A DNA stretch of 34,504 nucleotides from contig BCKZ01000040.1 in the NCBI GenBank assembly GCA_001600815.1, positions 62,001 through 96,504 of the forward strand, written 5' to 3'. Both the position numbers and the translations under genes were made by a program. Shown in pieces: positions 12,056-21,813 of this stretch; position 1 is the stretch's first letter; the number at the start of each line of letters is the position of its first letter. Source of the DNA: Alloascoidea hylecoeti. Lineage: Eukaryota. The notes below the pieces were generated by a model. It ran no database searches. It saw only the letters and a list, made by a program, of their open reading frames with translations, and was not told the DNA's origin.

Positions 12056-12630
12056 ATTTTTGTAATCAGTGAATATTCTTTTATGATGAAGTAATAATCA
12101 TTCGACTTTCTATGTATAATTTTTGATTTTTAGTACAATATAGAATAGAGCATACAATTAAATTATTTTTGATTTTAGATTTCAGTGGGTCAAAATTTTG
12201 GGATGTTTGAAAGCTGAGTATTTGTCAGTAATTATTAATATATTATGCAATATGGCACCACTTAAAAAGTTACAACTAAAAATATTAACGACAATCTGCG
12301 TTATTTCTATCCTTAGGTCCTAATTTTGTATTAAATTATTTTTTAGAATGTTCTTAAAATGTTATTATTGGTTCTTAAAGAGGGGTTATATCATTCTTTA
12401 CTAATTTATTTGCTTATTATAAGTTGATAAACTTATCAAATTCGGAGCCAGATACGTGCATACGCATAAATGCATATACATGAATTAACAGATATTTTAT
12501 GGATTTCAATGTCAATTTCAAATGAAAAATCAAACACATAAATACGAAAAGAAGAGAAGAGCATCATGGCCTCGTTTTAAAATATCAAACAAATAAGTTA
12601 AGTTAATTCCCAGTCTAAATAATCATATAT

Positions 12631-14187
12631 TTATATCGTAACTTCATTAATGTTTAAATCATTTAAAACACTAACTTCCATACGATTATTTATCATTAAA
12701 TTGCAAACGCTACCATTGGAATCCTGATTTCGTTGGTAAGTATAATATCGTTTCTGTCTACTGGCCATGTTGTAAACAAATATATAACCAGTTTTACCTT
12801 GTTTACCTTCTGCGAATCGGTTCGATTCCATAGCTGAAACTTGATCACGCGTGTGACTAGTCACTGAACGTGAATGAAATGACTTTAAACCTGAATTTAC
12901 ATCACTTGATTCAAAATATCCAATATAAAGGTTACCGTGGATACTTGAGTATAATTTTCTTGTATTCACATCACAAAGTTGAACTAAAGGATACCAAGGA
13001 GTTTCTTTTCTCTGTGAACCTTTTATAACCATATCATCAACATCTGTTTTGATACTATCATATGAAAAGAATTCTTTGTAGACATTTTTATCCAATTCTT
13101 TGATAAAGTTTTTTAAAGGTTTTGAAACAACTTTAAATGATTTGGTATTCGATTCCATACATTCGAAGAAAATATGAGTTGGGCAGATATGTAATAATTG
13201 TGAGCGCGTACGAGAAGATGCATGCTGTGATTTGGAATTAGTATTATTGCTATCATAGCCTTTACTAAATCCAACTAGTTTCCCATTCCTTCTATTTAAA
13301 ACTAATATCGAGAATTCTTTGTAATGAGACATGTCAAGATTATAGATTGGCATCAATAAATATTGTGAGTGAACCATTATATCTCTAACATGAACTTTTG
13401 GTGATTCAAATTCAGTTGTCCAAAGTACCCTTGAAGTTTTATGATGTTTTGTAACTCTTGAATAAGCTTTGAATGTGATCACATCTCCGTATTTATAAGC
13501 TACATATGCAATGTTGTTATTATTACTATTACTAGCAATACAGTTGTTATTATTGTTATAAATACAATAATGAAATTTGTTTTTTCTATAATATAATGGA
13601 GGATCAAATCTCCATTTATCATTATTTAAATTTGATTGAATTTCATGTAATGTTGTATCAGGGAAAGGTTTTGAACCAGAAGCATCAAAAGATAAAGCCA
13701 TTGAATAATTATCTCCAGATATAATATTATTTTTAAAATCTATTGTTATATTTATTTGTTCATTTTTATTTGAGTTAAAATTACATTTTCTTTGATTCTT
13801 TTTATGCTTATTGTCATTATAATATTTTGATGATGATATCGAAGATGCAGATGATGATACGATTTTTGCTGGAGGCAATGAATTAGATTTTAGTTGTAGC
13901 TGCTTTGATACAACAACAGCTGGTTTCATTAAATTATGCTTAATTGAAACATATCTTTTAACTGTTGATTTCCAAGAAGTCATTTCGGCATTTTCAACAA
14001 ATCTATCTTCATTATGAATAACATATTTAAATAAATTATCATATCGATGACATATAAAATATTTTGATATAGTTGAACAAGTTAAAGAAAAATGAAAGAA
14101 GTCTTTTAGATTTAACTGTTCTATTATCAACTGAAGAATGTCATCTGGAAGATCTAGTAAGTTGAAAGGCATTTGCAATCGAGACAT
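12631..14187 (-). CDS. F-box domain protein with uncharacterised Asn-rich C-terminal region
   Basis: First ATG at 14187. N-terminal LLDLPDDILQLIIEQLNLKDFFHFSLTC fits the F-box consensus. Long open frame. Confidence 0.8.
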   Translation of the reverse strand: MSRLQMPFNLLDLPDDILQLIIEQLNLKDFFHFSLTCSTISKYFICHRYDNLFKYVIHNEDRFVENAEMTSWKSTVKRYVSIKHNLMKPAVVVSKQLQLKSNSLPPAKIVSSSASSISSSKYYNDNKHKKNQRKCNFNSNKNEQINITIDFKNNIISGDNYSMALSFDASGSKPFPDTTLHEIQSNLNNDKWRFDPPLYYRKNKFHYCIYNNNNNCIASNSNNNNIAYVAYKYGDVITFKAYSRVTKHHKTSRVLWTTEFESPKVHVRDIMVHSQYLLMPIYNLDMSHYKEFSILVLNRRNGKLVGFSKGYDSNNTNSKSQHASSRTRSQLLHICPTHIFFECMESNTKSFKVVSKPLKNFIKELDKNVYKEFFSYDSIKTDVDDMVIKGSQRKETPWYPLVQLCDVNTRKLYSSIHGNLYIGYFESSDVNSGLKSFHSRSVTSHTRDQVSAMESNRFAEGKQGKTGYIFVYNMASRQKRYYTYQRNQDSNGSVCNLMINNRMEVSVLNDLNINEVTI

Positions 14188-14808
14188 CCTTAATATCAAT
14201 ACTATTATGATCAATAAGTATTTTGCAATTGATATGAATATATGGGAAATACCAAGACTATATATGAAAGGCGATATCTCAGTGTTTATATAGATTTTTT
14301 GAGATACAATTATTTATATCAATCATTATAAAATTATCTGGAATTAGATAGATAATGATAATTATAAGAGCATGATTCTAACCTAAATATTTAAAATATT
14401 TAGATTATTAAAAATAAATTTATGATTGTAATTTCCAAACACCCAAATCGTAGATATTTGCAGATATGATGTAACCAATATTATATAAATAATAAAGTAT
14501 AGATTGGAATTATAATACGCTTAATTAGAGCAATTGCTTCGCTTACTATAACATATTATAATCGCTAGTATTCATGATCTCTTTAAGATAGCAGTAGATG
14601 TTTGAGATTGAAATGATTATAGGAGTATTCCAAGATTATAACGATGATAACTAGTAGTTTATTAACTACGTATACAAATATGAAATGTCGAGAGAAGTCC
14701 TTAAAAATTGTAAAAATATACCGACTTGAGTGACAAATATAATCACGTGACCGTATAGAGAGCAAAAAAATAATCCACCAAAATTTTAAACTCACCATAA
14801 TAGTAATA

Positions 14809-15721
14809 ATGAGCACAGTAGATAGAAGACGACTGCTTGGCCCTCATACCGCAAAACCCTTGCATTTTCCCCAGGCCCCACCTTCTTCAAGGTCTCAGAC
14901 TAAAACGAGTAATGATAAAATATGTATGTGTCCCTTCTTATTTTACCATCATAAGCTCACATAATAACAATTTCTTTTAGATTTAAAACCTGGTTTTATT
15001 GGGAATGCAAATGGTTCTTCTTATATTGAATCTGGTGACGTTATAATATCCTGTTCAGTGTATGTTATTTATATCTCTCTTCATGTTTAGCATCTCATGC
15101 TAACAATATATCAATAGATTTGGCCCTCGTCCCATTAGAGGTGTCTTTATAGACCAAGCAGTCCTTAACATTGAAACTAAAATTCTTCCTTATGGCAATA
15201 ATAATACTTTATCCGAACAGGATGCAAAACCTGGTCACTCTTCAAGTCTAGAAAAATTAATGTCTTCTTATATTGAAACCTCTATTTTACCTTCGATATT
15301 ATTAGATTCTTATTCAAAATCAAGTATTGATATATTTATATCGATAATGTCACAATCCAAAAATACAATGACAACCATCGCCAATGCTATTAATGCTGTC
15401 AGTATTGCTTTAATTGATGCTGCTATTGAATGTCAAGATATAGTTACTGCAGGAACTGCTCTTATACCTAATGATAACTCTACAAATGAAATAATTCTAA
15501 ACCCATCTCAAGAAATAACAAAAAATGATAAAGAAGTGCTGGCATCTTTTATGTGTAATCATAATAATGTAATTACTGGGTTTTGGTCGGAAGGTCCAAT
15601 TTGTGATAATAATGGAGAAAGTTTAGATAAATTAATTAATGGTGCTAATGAAATAGCTAAACGAAGTAGAGCTGTTATTGATTACTCTTTACTCGAGGAG
15701 TTTAAGAAATCTCAAGCATAA
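14809..15721 (+). CDS. MTR3: Exosome RNase PH-like subunit Mtr3; exons 14809-14923, 14981-15059, 15118-15721
   Basis: MSTVDRRRLLGP...GFIGNANGSSYIE...CSVFGPRPIRG...YSKSSIDIF...AINAVSIALIDAAIEC. Two GTATGT..TAG introns keep the frame. Confidence 0.88.
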
Positions 15722-16415
15722 TTAAATAGTTAATGATTCAATTATAATATATAAGTGAGTGATAGGATTAACTGCAATATTGGGATTTCAATTGCTGGTG
15801 ATACAAATTTGAAATGTAGTTTTAAAATTAAAGATATGACAGTGAAACTCAATTAAGAAGTGAAATCCACAGATTGTGTAACAATTGCAATGTTATCGGA
15901 TTTATAGAGCTATAGCATTACACTTATTTATAATTACGATCATTTTTTCTACATTTTTTTATATCGTATTTAATTATATTATTCCAAAGTATGTACTACC
16001 ACGTTATTCATACAATGTTTCCATCTAACTTTGGCAATTTGGTTTTTCGTTCCTCTGTAGATATATTATCAATATTAATACTTCATAATTGATTCTAATA
16101 TTATTTAGTCAGGTTAATTAATAGCTGATGGAAATGTTTAAATGTATCAAATTGCATTTACCTAACAATGGTCGCCCATAATATGTTAATCTGATGCCGA
16201 ATAATCAATACATATATTATCACAAAGTATTCGCGAACAGTATCTCCAGAATATAGAAAAATGCTTATACCATTGGCAGAACAAAGCGAAAACGCAGATA
16301 TTTCTAGACTTATTCTTTATATTCGTTTCGAAATGTCAAATATCAATAAATTTCGATTGATATATATTACTAGAGTATAACATTTTCATCCCCTATGTAA
16401 TTTTCGCACTGAAAG

Positions 16416-16466
16416 AATAGCCCTAAATGTAATCACGTGATAGTATTAAACAAAACGAAAATTTTT
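16416..16466 (+). promoter_or_regulatory. snoRNA host promoter: Tbf1-type AGCCCTAA (16419-16426), ATCACGTGAT (16432-16441), RRPE-like GAAAATTTTT (16457-16466)
   Basis: Motifs read directly. aRCCCTaa (Tbf1) and RRPE are established elements of yeast snoRNA promoters. A pyrimidine-rich tract follows. Confidence 0.7.
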
Positions 16467-16619
16467 ATTCTCCAGTTTTCTTCTTTTCCTTCATCATTTT
16501 CCTTCAAGTTTTTGTTTTTCATCTATAGAAACAGTTATTTTCTTTTTCTTTTGGTAAGTCTTAACTACTTTTCGGGTATTCTGGGTATCAATTCAAATTA
16601 CTCTATTTCTCAATGAAAT

Positions 16620-16705
16620 ATTCAATGATGACCACAAATAACAAAAATTCAAACTAGAGTATGTGACGCAACGAATGATCATAACGTTAGCAAGTCAACT
16701 GATCG
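16620..16705 (+). ncRNA. snR78: Box C/D snoRNA snR78 orthologue (25S Um2421, S. cerevisiae numbering)
   Basis: C box ATGATGA 16625-16631; D box CTGA 16699-16702. Guide TCAAACTAGAGT (16649-16660) is complementary to LSU ACUCUAGUUUGA. Flanking stem 16610-16623/16705-16718. Confidence 0.9.
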
Positions 16706-16951
16706 AGTATTTCATTGAACCAATATTTAATTTTATTGATTATTTTTAAACCCAATTTAATAGGATATAACTAACCAATTGCTTAAAGCTTTTTTTTTTT
16801 GACTATATGCTGAAATATACTTTTCACCTTGGTTACCTTTAATGATTCATGATGTTATGTAGTATTATCAAAAGGTTAGTGATTGACATTTACTGGGCAT
16901 TATTTTTTAAAATTTTGGATCGCTGCTTGATTGATATTTGTCCCATTGATA

Positions 16952-17039
16952 ATTAAATGATGATTTTTACAAAAACAAAGCTGGAATTACTGGCAGAATA
17001 CATAGTGTTGATAAGTTTTTGCGCCTTTAGGACTGATTA
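16952..17039 (+). ncRNA. snR77: Box C/D snoRNA snR77 orthologue (18S Um578)
   Basis: C box 16957-16963; D box 17033-17036. Guide AGCTGGAATTAC (16979-16990) is complementary to SSU GUAAUUCCAGCU; D' CAGA. Stem TTGTCCCATT/AATGGGACAA. Confidence 0.9.
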
Positions 17040-17174
17040 ATTAATTAATGGGACAATGTTCTCAAAACTTCATCATTTCTTATCACTTATAATGATTATA
17101 ATCATATCTTTAGATATACTAACTGACTGTTTTGATAGGTGTGTATTCTCTTTACAATGATATTATTAAGTTTT

Positions 17175-17263
17175 TCCAAATGATGACTTTTAGCACTGGG
17201 CACTGATTTATATAATGAGCGACACGCTTTCAAGTAGGCCTAGAAAACCTACGTTACTGATTC
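17175..17263 (+). ncRNA. snR76: Box C/D snoRNA snR76 orthologue (25S Cm2197)
   Basis: C box 17180-17186. Guide AGCACTGGGCA (17192-17202) followed by D' CTGA is complementary to LSU UGCCCAGUGCU. D box 17257-17260. 14-bp perfect stem 17165-17178/17265-17278. Confidence 0.9.
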
Positions 17264-17432
17264 ATGGAAAAACTTAATTATTGCTTGCATCATTGCTTAC
17301 TTCAAAAATTTGGTTTCATCTTTATTAACCTAAGATATAGCATTATTGCTTTTTTCATCCTGATTCTTATAGTATTGATATAATAAAGGTATGTCCTGTT
17401 TTTATCCAACTTTACTGTTATTCTATTATGAT

Positions 17433-17522
17433 ATTCAATGATGATTTCCTAAGATGACGAGTCGGATCCGAGCTTCTCGATGTCGATACAAACTTTTTAA
17501 TACCATTCATGCCTTCTGATAA
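17433..17522 (+). ncRNA. snR75: Box C/D snoRNA snR75 orthologue (25S Gm2288)
   Basis: C box 17438-17444. Guide AGATGACGAG (17452-17461) is complementary to LSU CUCGUCAUCU. Second element CCATTCATGC at 17503-17512. D box 17516-17519. 13-bp stem 17423-17435/17521-17533. Confidence 0.9.
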
Positions 17523-17692
17523 TATCATAATAGGACAACAAGTTGTTTTTATATATGGTTGTTGCCGTTATTAACAATATTTTCTAGTTTTTATTTTTCT
17601 AAACAATTGTGTAAACGTTAATTTCGAGATTCTTGATAAATTTGCGATTATAAAAGCGGATAGTTTTCTAGAGAAACTCTCAATATAATCTT

Positions 17693-17778
17693 GACAAATG
17701 ATGATATGACATAAAATCAATGACAAGCATATGTCTGATTGTTTTAACAACTTGAACGAGTATTTTCGAGTCTGATGT
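17693..17778 (+). ncRNA. snR74: Box C/D snoRNA snR74 orthologue (18S Am28)
   Basis: C box 17698-17704. Guide GACAAGCATATG (17722-17733) is complementary to SSU CAUAUGCUUGUC; D' CTGA 17735-17738. D box 17772-17775. Confidence 0.9.
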
Positions 17779-17925
17779 TTAATTTTTATATTTGAGTTAG
17801 TATCTTTGAATGAAATCCAATTTTATATTTCATTTGAGAAGTTGCAAATTGTTATTCATTGAAAATCTTTTAAGGTACGTTAGACTGATTTTATTTTTAT
17901 ATAATAAGATGACGAATATGAATGC

Positions 17926-18019
17926 TCCAAATGATGTTTCCACAACTCACGACGGTCAACTGTGTCCAAAATACGGACGTTGATGATATTCCGCCTTTGA
18001 CAAGGCGTGGCTCTGATGC
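17926..18019 (+). ncRNA. snR73: Box C/D snoRNA snR73 orthologue (25S Cm2959)
   Basis: Variant C box ATGATGT 17931-17937. Guide CTCACGACGGTC (17946-17957) is complementary to LSU GACCGUCGUGAG. C' TGATGA at 17981; D box 18013-18016. Bipartite flanking stem. Confidence 0.88.
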
Positions 18020-19839
18020 CGAGTATTCAATGTTTCTGTTGTCTTATTACTTTCTTGATGCTTTTGAAAGATAAATGCTAACATTGTTTTTAATTAGTAG
18101 ATATTTAATCAACTTTATAGTCTTAATAATGCAGATATTGCAATTAGTTAATTTAATTTTATGATTATTATGATATCTTTATTATATTTGTACACAGTTG
18201 TGACTATAAATAGTGCCTGTGATCAAAATTTTACAATTGTGGTATTATTTTTGCAATGATTTTGATTGCTATGCAGATATTACGTACTTATTAATTCTGG
18301 TCGATTTTCGATTTGTCAAGCTGTATGGTAAATATACGGTATATCCGTCGCCAAATAGATATTTTGCTTTTACAAATATTATACAGTTTTTCTACTTCCA
18401 AGTCATCCTTCAAGTATATAAATTCAAACTCTCCTCTAGTATTCAATGTATCCATAGGCGAAAATCATCACCAAGCATAATAGAGGCAGCCAAAAATTAA
18501 TCAAGGATTGATACATAAATATTCAAGAATTTCTAGACCGATTTTTTAGTTAGAAATTGGTCGAAACTAAGTGCAATGATTATATACATATAAAAATAAA
18601 TTAAATTTAATTAGGAAATAAAGTAGGTTTGGTGTTATGAACGCAAAGGAAATTGAATATTAATCTTGAAGGAAATAATATTCCTTTTTTAGAATATGAA
18701 ATACAACTCTGTTCGATGGAGACGTGTTTGAAAAGAAGATTTTGAGATACCAAAATTTTATCAGCTTTTTACCGCTTCTGTTTTAATTAACAATATAGAG
18801 TGTATTAGTTTGTTCTTATTCTTCTTTCATTCATTAGAGTTCTTTTACATCCCATTTGTATTAGTGGTGATCATTTGGGGGTCTTATAAATAGGATGAAG
18901 TTTGGAGTTGCAACTCCTTTCAACGTTTTAGGGTGGGCCGGACAAATTTATAAATCTCATTAATTCTTATTCTTCACACTAGCGCTTGCATTAAAGAGAC
19001 CTTATATTATCCTATGAACCTAGAGGCAATATATGATTCCTATGATACTTTCCAGCTAATCACGGAATGCTTGGAATTGCGTTTTAAGAATCGTTGAATC
19101 GTGGAAGAACAGTCACTCCACAAAATTATTTACAAAAAGATTCACAGAAATAAATATCGAACCTATATTTACACAGTTATGAGATTGATCAAATTTTGTT
19201 AATACTATTTTTAATAATTTATATTTGTATCTGAGTTCATAGTGAATGGTCTCGCTAGTAAATTTGACCAAAATATAGTATAAGTTGTTTTAATCAAGTG
19301 TGATAAAATCAGAGATTACAATAAGTAATATGTTTTATAAGATAAATATACATTCTTACGAAAAGAATACATTAATATTTACCTTCGGTTTCAATGTACA
19401 TTCTATTTACTAGTTTGGAACCATTTATATTGTAGGTTGAGCCCATTCGTTTAGTATTCACATCGGTCCAATGTTTTGGCGATAGCGCATAATTATAAAG
19501 TGGATTACATTCGCCTTGAACCGAATCATAGGCGACCATTTGTTTGCTCTTCACAGTGATCCATAATTGGTGCATCCACTGAGACATAGGCGAAGCTTGA
19601 TTTGCATTTTGCCACTTGAATAACTTGAAAAGCTGATGAACTGCAGCGAAATTAGCTAGCTACTATTACCTGTATCATGGTTTATCGATAAATAAGTTGT
19701 GCCCAATCATACAGAGTCGATATTTCCGATCACGGACGGTGGCGACGCTTCAAGTGGCTTGAATGTATGCACGTGCGTGGTATAAAACTCAACGGTTTCT
19801 TTCATTATCTTTATCGAACGTAACATTGACTTTTTAAAA

Positions 19840-20724
19840 ATGGGTGTTACTGAAACAATTATTGAAAAGGCTCAGGAGATTACCACTGCTGATTATCAAA
19901 AACATGATAATGATTCCATTGATTCTAATGCTCGGTATGCTGCTTATGCTAATCGATTGAGGGTATGTAAAACCGTTGCTTTCTCAGTTTGAATTCAAAA
20001 ATCTAACATATATTTCATTATAGACAGTAAGTTTATTGATACAAAATCAGTTTCAGTGTTTCCACACTTTAAAGTAGTACCACAGATAAAGGAAAGAAAT
20101 CAAAAAGAATATTAATCTAATTTCATTGTTGATGATAGATCTTAAGAGCAACCCATAGATATGTTGCATATACTTCAGATATTGGTGAATCTTTTCGTCC
20201 AGTGGCTCATCCGATTATGGTATCATCAGCATATGCTGTTAGTTGGGCTTATATTATTGCCGATGTGTCTCTTGAAGGCTGGAAAGTATGTATTTCTAAC
20301 AAAGTTTTAGATATTCCTTTGATGATCGATGATATTAACCGAAGTATAGGCTAAAATGAGACAAGAGGGAAGATACAAATCAGGTCTACTTCCATGGCAT
20401 GACATACCGGCCGCTAACACTTATGTGACACCCAATCAAGACGATTTACCTGATTACCGAGTAGCAGCACTTCAAAGAGGTGTTTTTCAATCAATTGCAA
20501 GTATGGCATTACCAGCTTTTACTATTCATTCTACTGTTAGATATTCAGGTGCTGCTTTAAAGAATGTCAAAAATCCTACTATTAGAATTTGGGGACCTGT
20601 TGGCTTAGGTTTGGCTGTTGTTCCTCTGCTACCATACTTATTTGATAAACCTGTTGAAGAGGGAATTGACTATTTGTTTGAGCAAGGAACAAAATTGTAT
20701 AAAGAAAAAACGAAAACTGCTTAG
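19840..20724 (+). CDS. Mitochondrial fission process protein 1 (MTP18/MTFP1 family); exons 19840-19962, 20024-20026, 20139-20285, 20350-20724
   Basis: Spliced product: ...RYAAYANRLR-T-ILRATHRYVAYTSDIGESFRPVAHP...AYAVSWAYIIADV...FQSIASMALPAFTIHSTVRY...GLGLAVVPLLPYLFDKPVE. Three introns with canonical GT..AG. Confidence 0.9.
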
Positions 20725-20881
20725 AGACTCATTAACAGATTTAAAATTACCAGGAACATTGACTCTAGCACCAGTTGTACGATTAATTCAACTTCAACTT
20801 GGATATATAATATATATAATATAATTGACTATAAACTTATAGATGTTACAAGATATCTCTCCATGTTGATATTTTATAGCA

Positions 20882-20975
20882 AATAGCCCTAAACTCTATG
20901 GTGGATATAATCCGGGTAACACCTCACACTATAAATCAAAAATTTCACTCGCCAAATTCCTTTTTTCTTTTCTTT
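20882..20975 (+). promoter_or_regulatory. snoRNA promoter: AGCCCTAA (Tbf1-type, 20885), CCGGGTAA (Reb1-type, 20912), TATAAA (20930), RRPE AAAAATTTCA (20938), T-rich tract
   Basis: All motifs read directly, in the arrangement typical of independently transcribed yeast snoRNA genes. Confidence 0.75.
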
Positions 20976-20981
20976 GTGCGG

Positions 20982-21195
20982 AAACCAGAACTTTTCCGTG
21001 TTGCTTGTATTTCACCTTTTGATACTAGTGATACTGCGAGCGTCAAGTTCCTGGAGAGATGAAATAGATGAAAGGCTTGATACCCTTTTATCGCTCTTGA
21101 CTATCTCAATGCTCAGTTTATTTATTTGTTTGCGTATATCAATCCTTTAGGTTTGGTATATTTGAAGTAAATGAGGGCTGGTAGGTCATACATAT
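20982..21195 (+). ncRNA. snR35: Box H/ACA snoRNA, snR35 orthologue (guide for 18S pseudouridine 1191, the m1acp3-psi site)
   Basis: 5' hairpin closed by CCAGAACTT/AAGTTCCTGG. Pocket strands TTCCGTGTT and GTCAA pair with SSU UUGAC-UC-AACACGGGG, leaving the UC unpaired. H box AGATGA at 21057-21062, 15 nt after the pocket top. 3' hairpin TGACTATC/GGTAGGTCA, then ACA at 21190-21192 plus 3 nt. Confidence 0.85.
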
Positions 21196-21426
21196 CTTAA
21201 TTTTATATAGTAGTTTTTAATTTTAATGTTTATTTTAACCGCTAGTACTTGATACTTTGTAATTGTAAAAAACGCTGGCTTTGTAGCAAATGTGAAAAAT
21301 TAATTCCGTCAAACTGTAATGAATTCAAGATCGGCACGTGATCAATATTTGAATTTGAATGAAGGTTGAAAATTTGAATATTTTCACCACCATCAACATT
21401 ACAACGATCGAAACAATTGCACTAAG

Positions 21427-21813
21427 ATGCTTTCACTAAGACAAATCCCCATACGATCTACAACAAGGCAGTTAGTAACATCATACCGTTGTTTTTGGTC
21501 CCAAAATATCAGTAGGAGTGCTGTGGCCACAGAAACAGCTACCTCCACTCCAACTCCATCTACATCAGCTCATTCCAAAAATATTGTATCATCATGTACT
21601 GAAGGAACAGCATTGAATATTGATGTTTTCAAAGGAAAGAAACCACTTCTTGCATTAGCGGATGATGCTTATCCTGAATGGTTATGGGAACTTTTGGATC
21701 CTGTGAAACAAAAAGAGAGATTAGATGCCGACCCTGAAAGGAGAAGAAGAAAAGAACAAAGTAGTGTTAATCGAAGTAGGATTAGAATGGCAAATTCTTT
21801 GGCCAACAAATAA
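21427..21813 (+). CDS. MRPL37: Mitochondrial ribosomal protein mL54 (yeast MrpL37)
   Basis: Arg/Ser/Thr-rich presequence; SSCTEGTALNIDVFKGKKPLLALADDAYPEWLWELL; basic C-terminal helix. Confidence 0.88.
   Translation: MLSLRQIPIRSTTRQLVTSYRCFWSQNISRSAVATETATSTPTPSTSAHSKNIVSSCTEGTALNIDVFKGKKPLLALADDAYPEWLWELLDPVKQKERLDADPERRRRKEQSSVNRSRIRMANSLANK

Larger units (their letters stand above)
16500..18150 (+). ncRNA. Spliced non-coding snoRNA host transcript (snR78-snR73 cluster); ends approximate
   Basis: No ORF. Introns: 16554-16788 (GTAAGT..ACTAAC..AAG), 16875-17138 (GTTAGT..TACTAAC..TAG), 17139-17340 (GTGTGT..TATTAAC..TAG), 17389-17587 (GTATGT..TATTAAC..TAG), 17875-18097 (GTACGT..TGCTAAC..TAG). 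Each holds one C/D snoRNA. Confidence 0.85.

Noticed and set aside
16610..18050. Regularly spaced palindromic cassettes as a CRISPR-like or transposon array
   Set aside because: The stems differ in sequence between units and each encloses C/D boxes with an rRNA guide; the context is eukaryotic.
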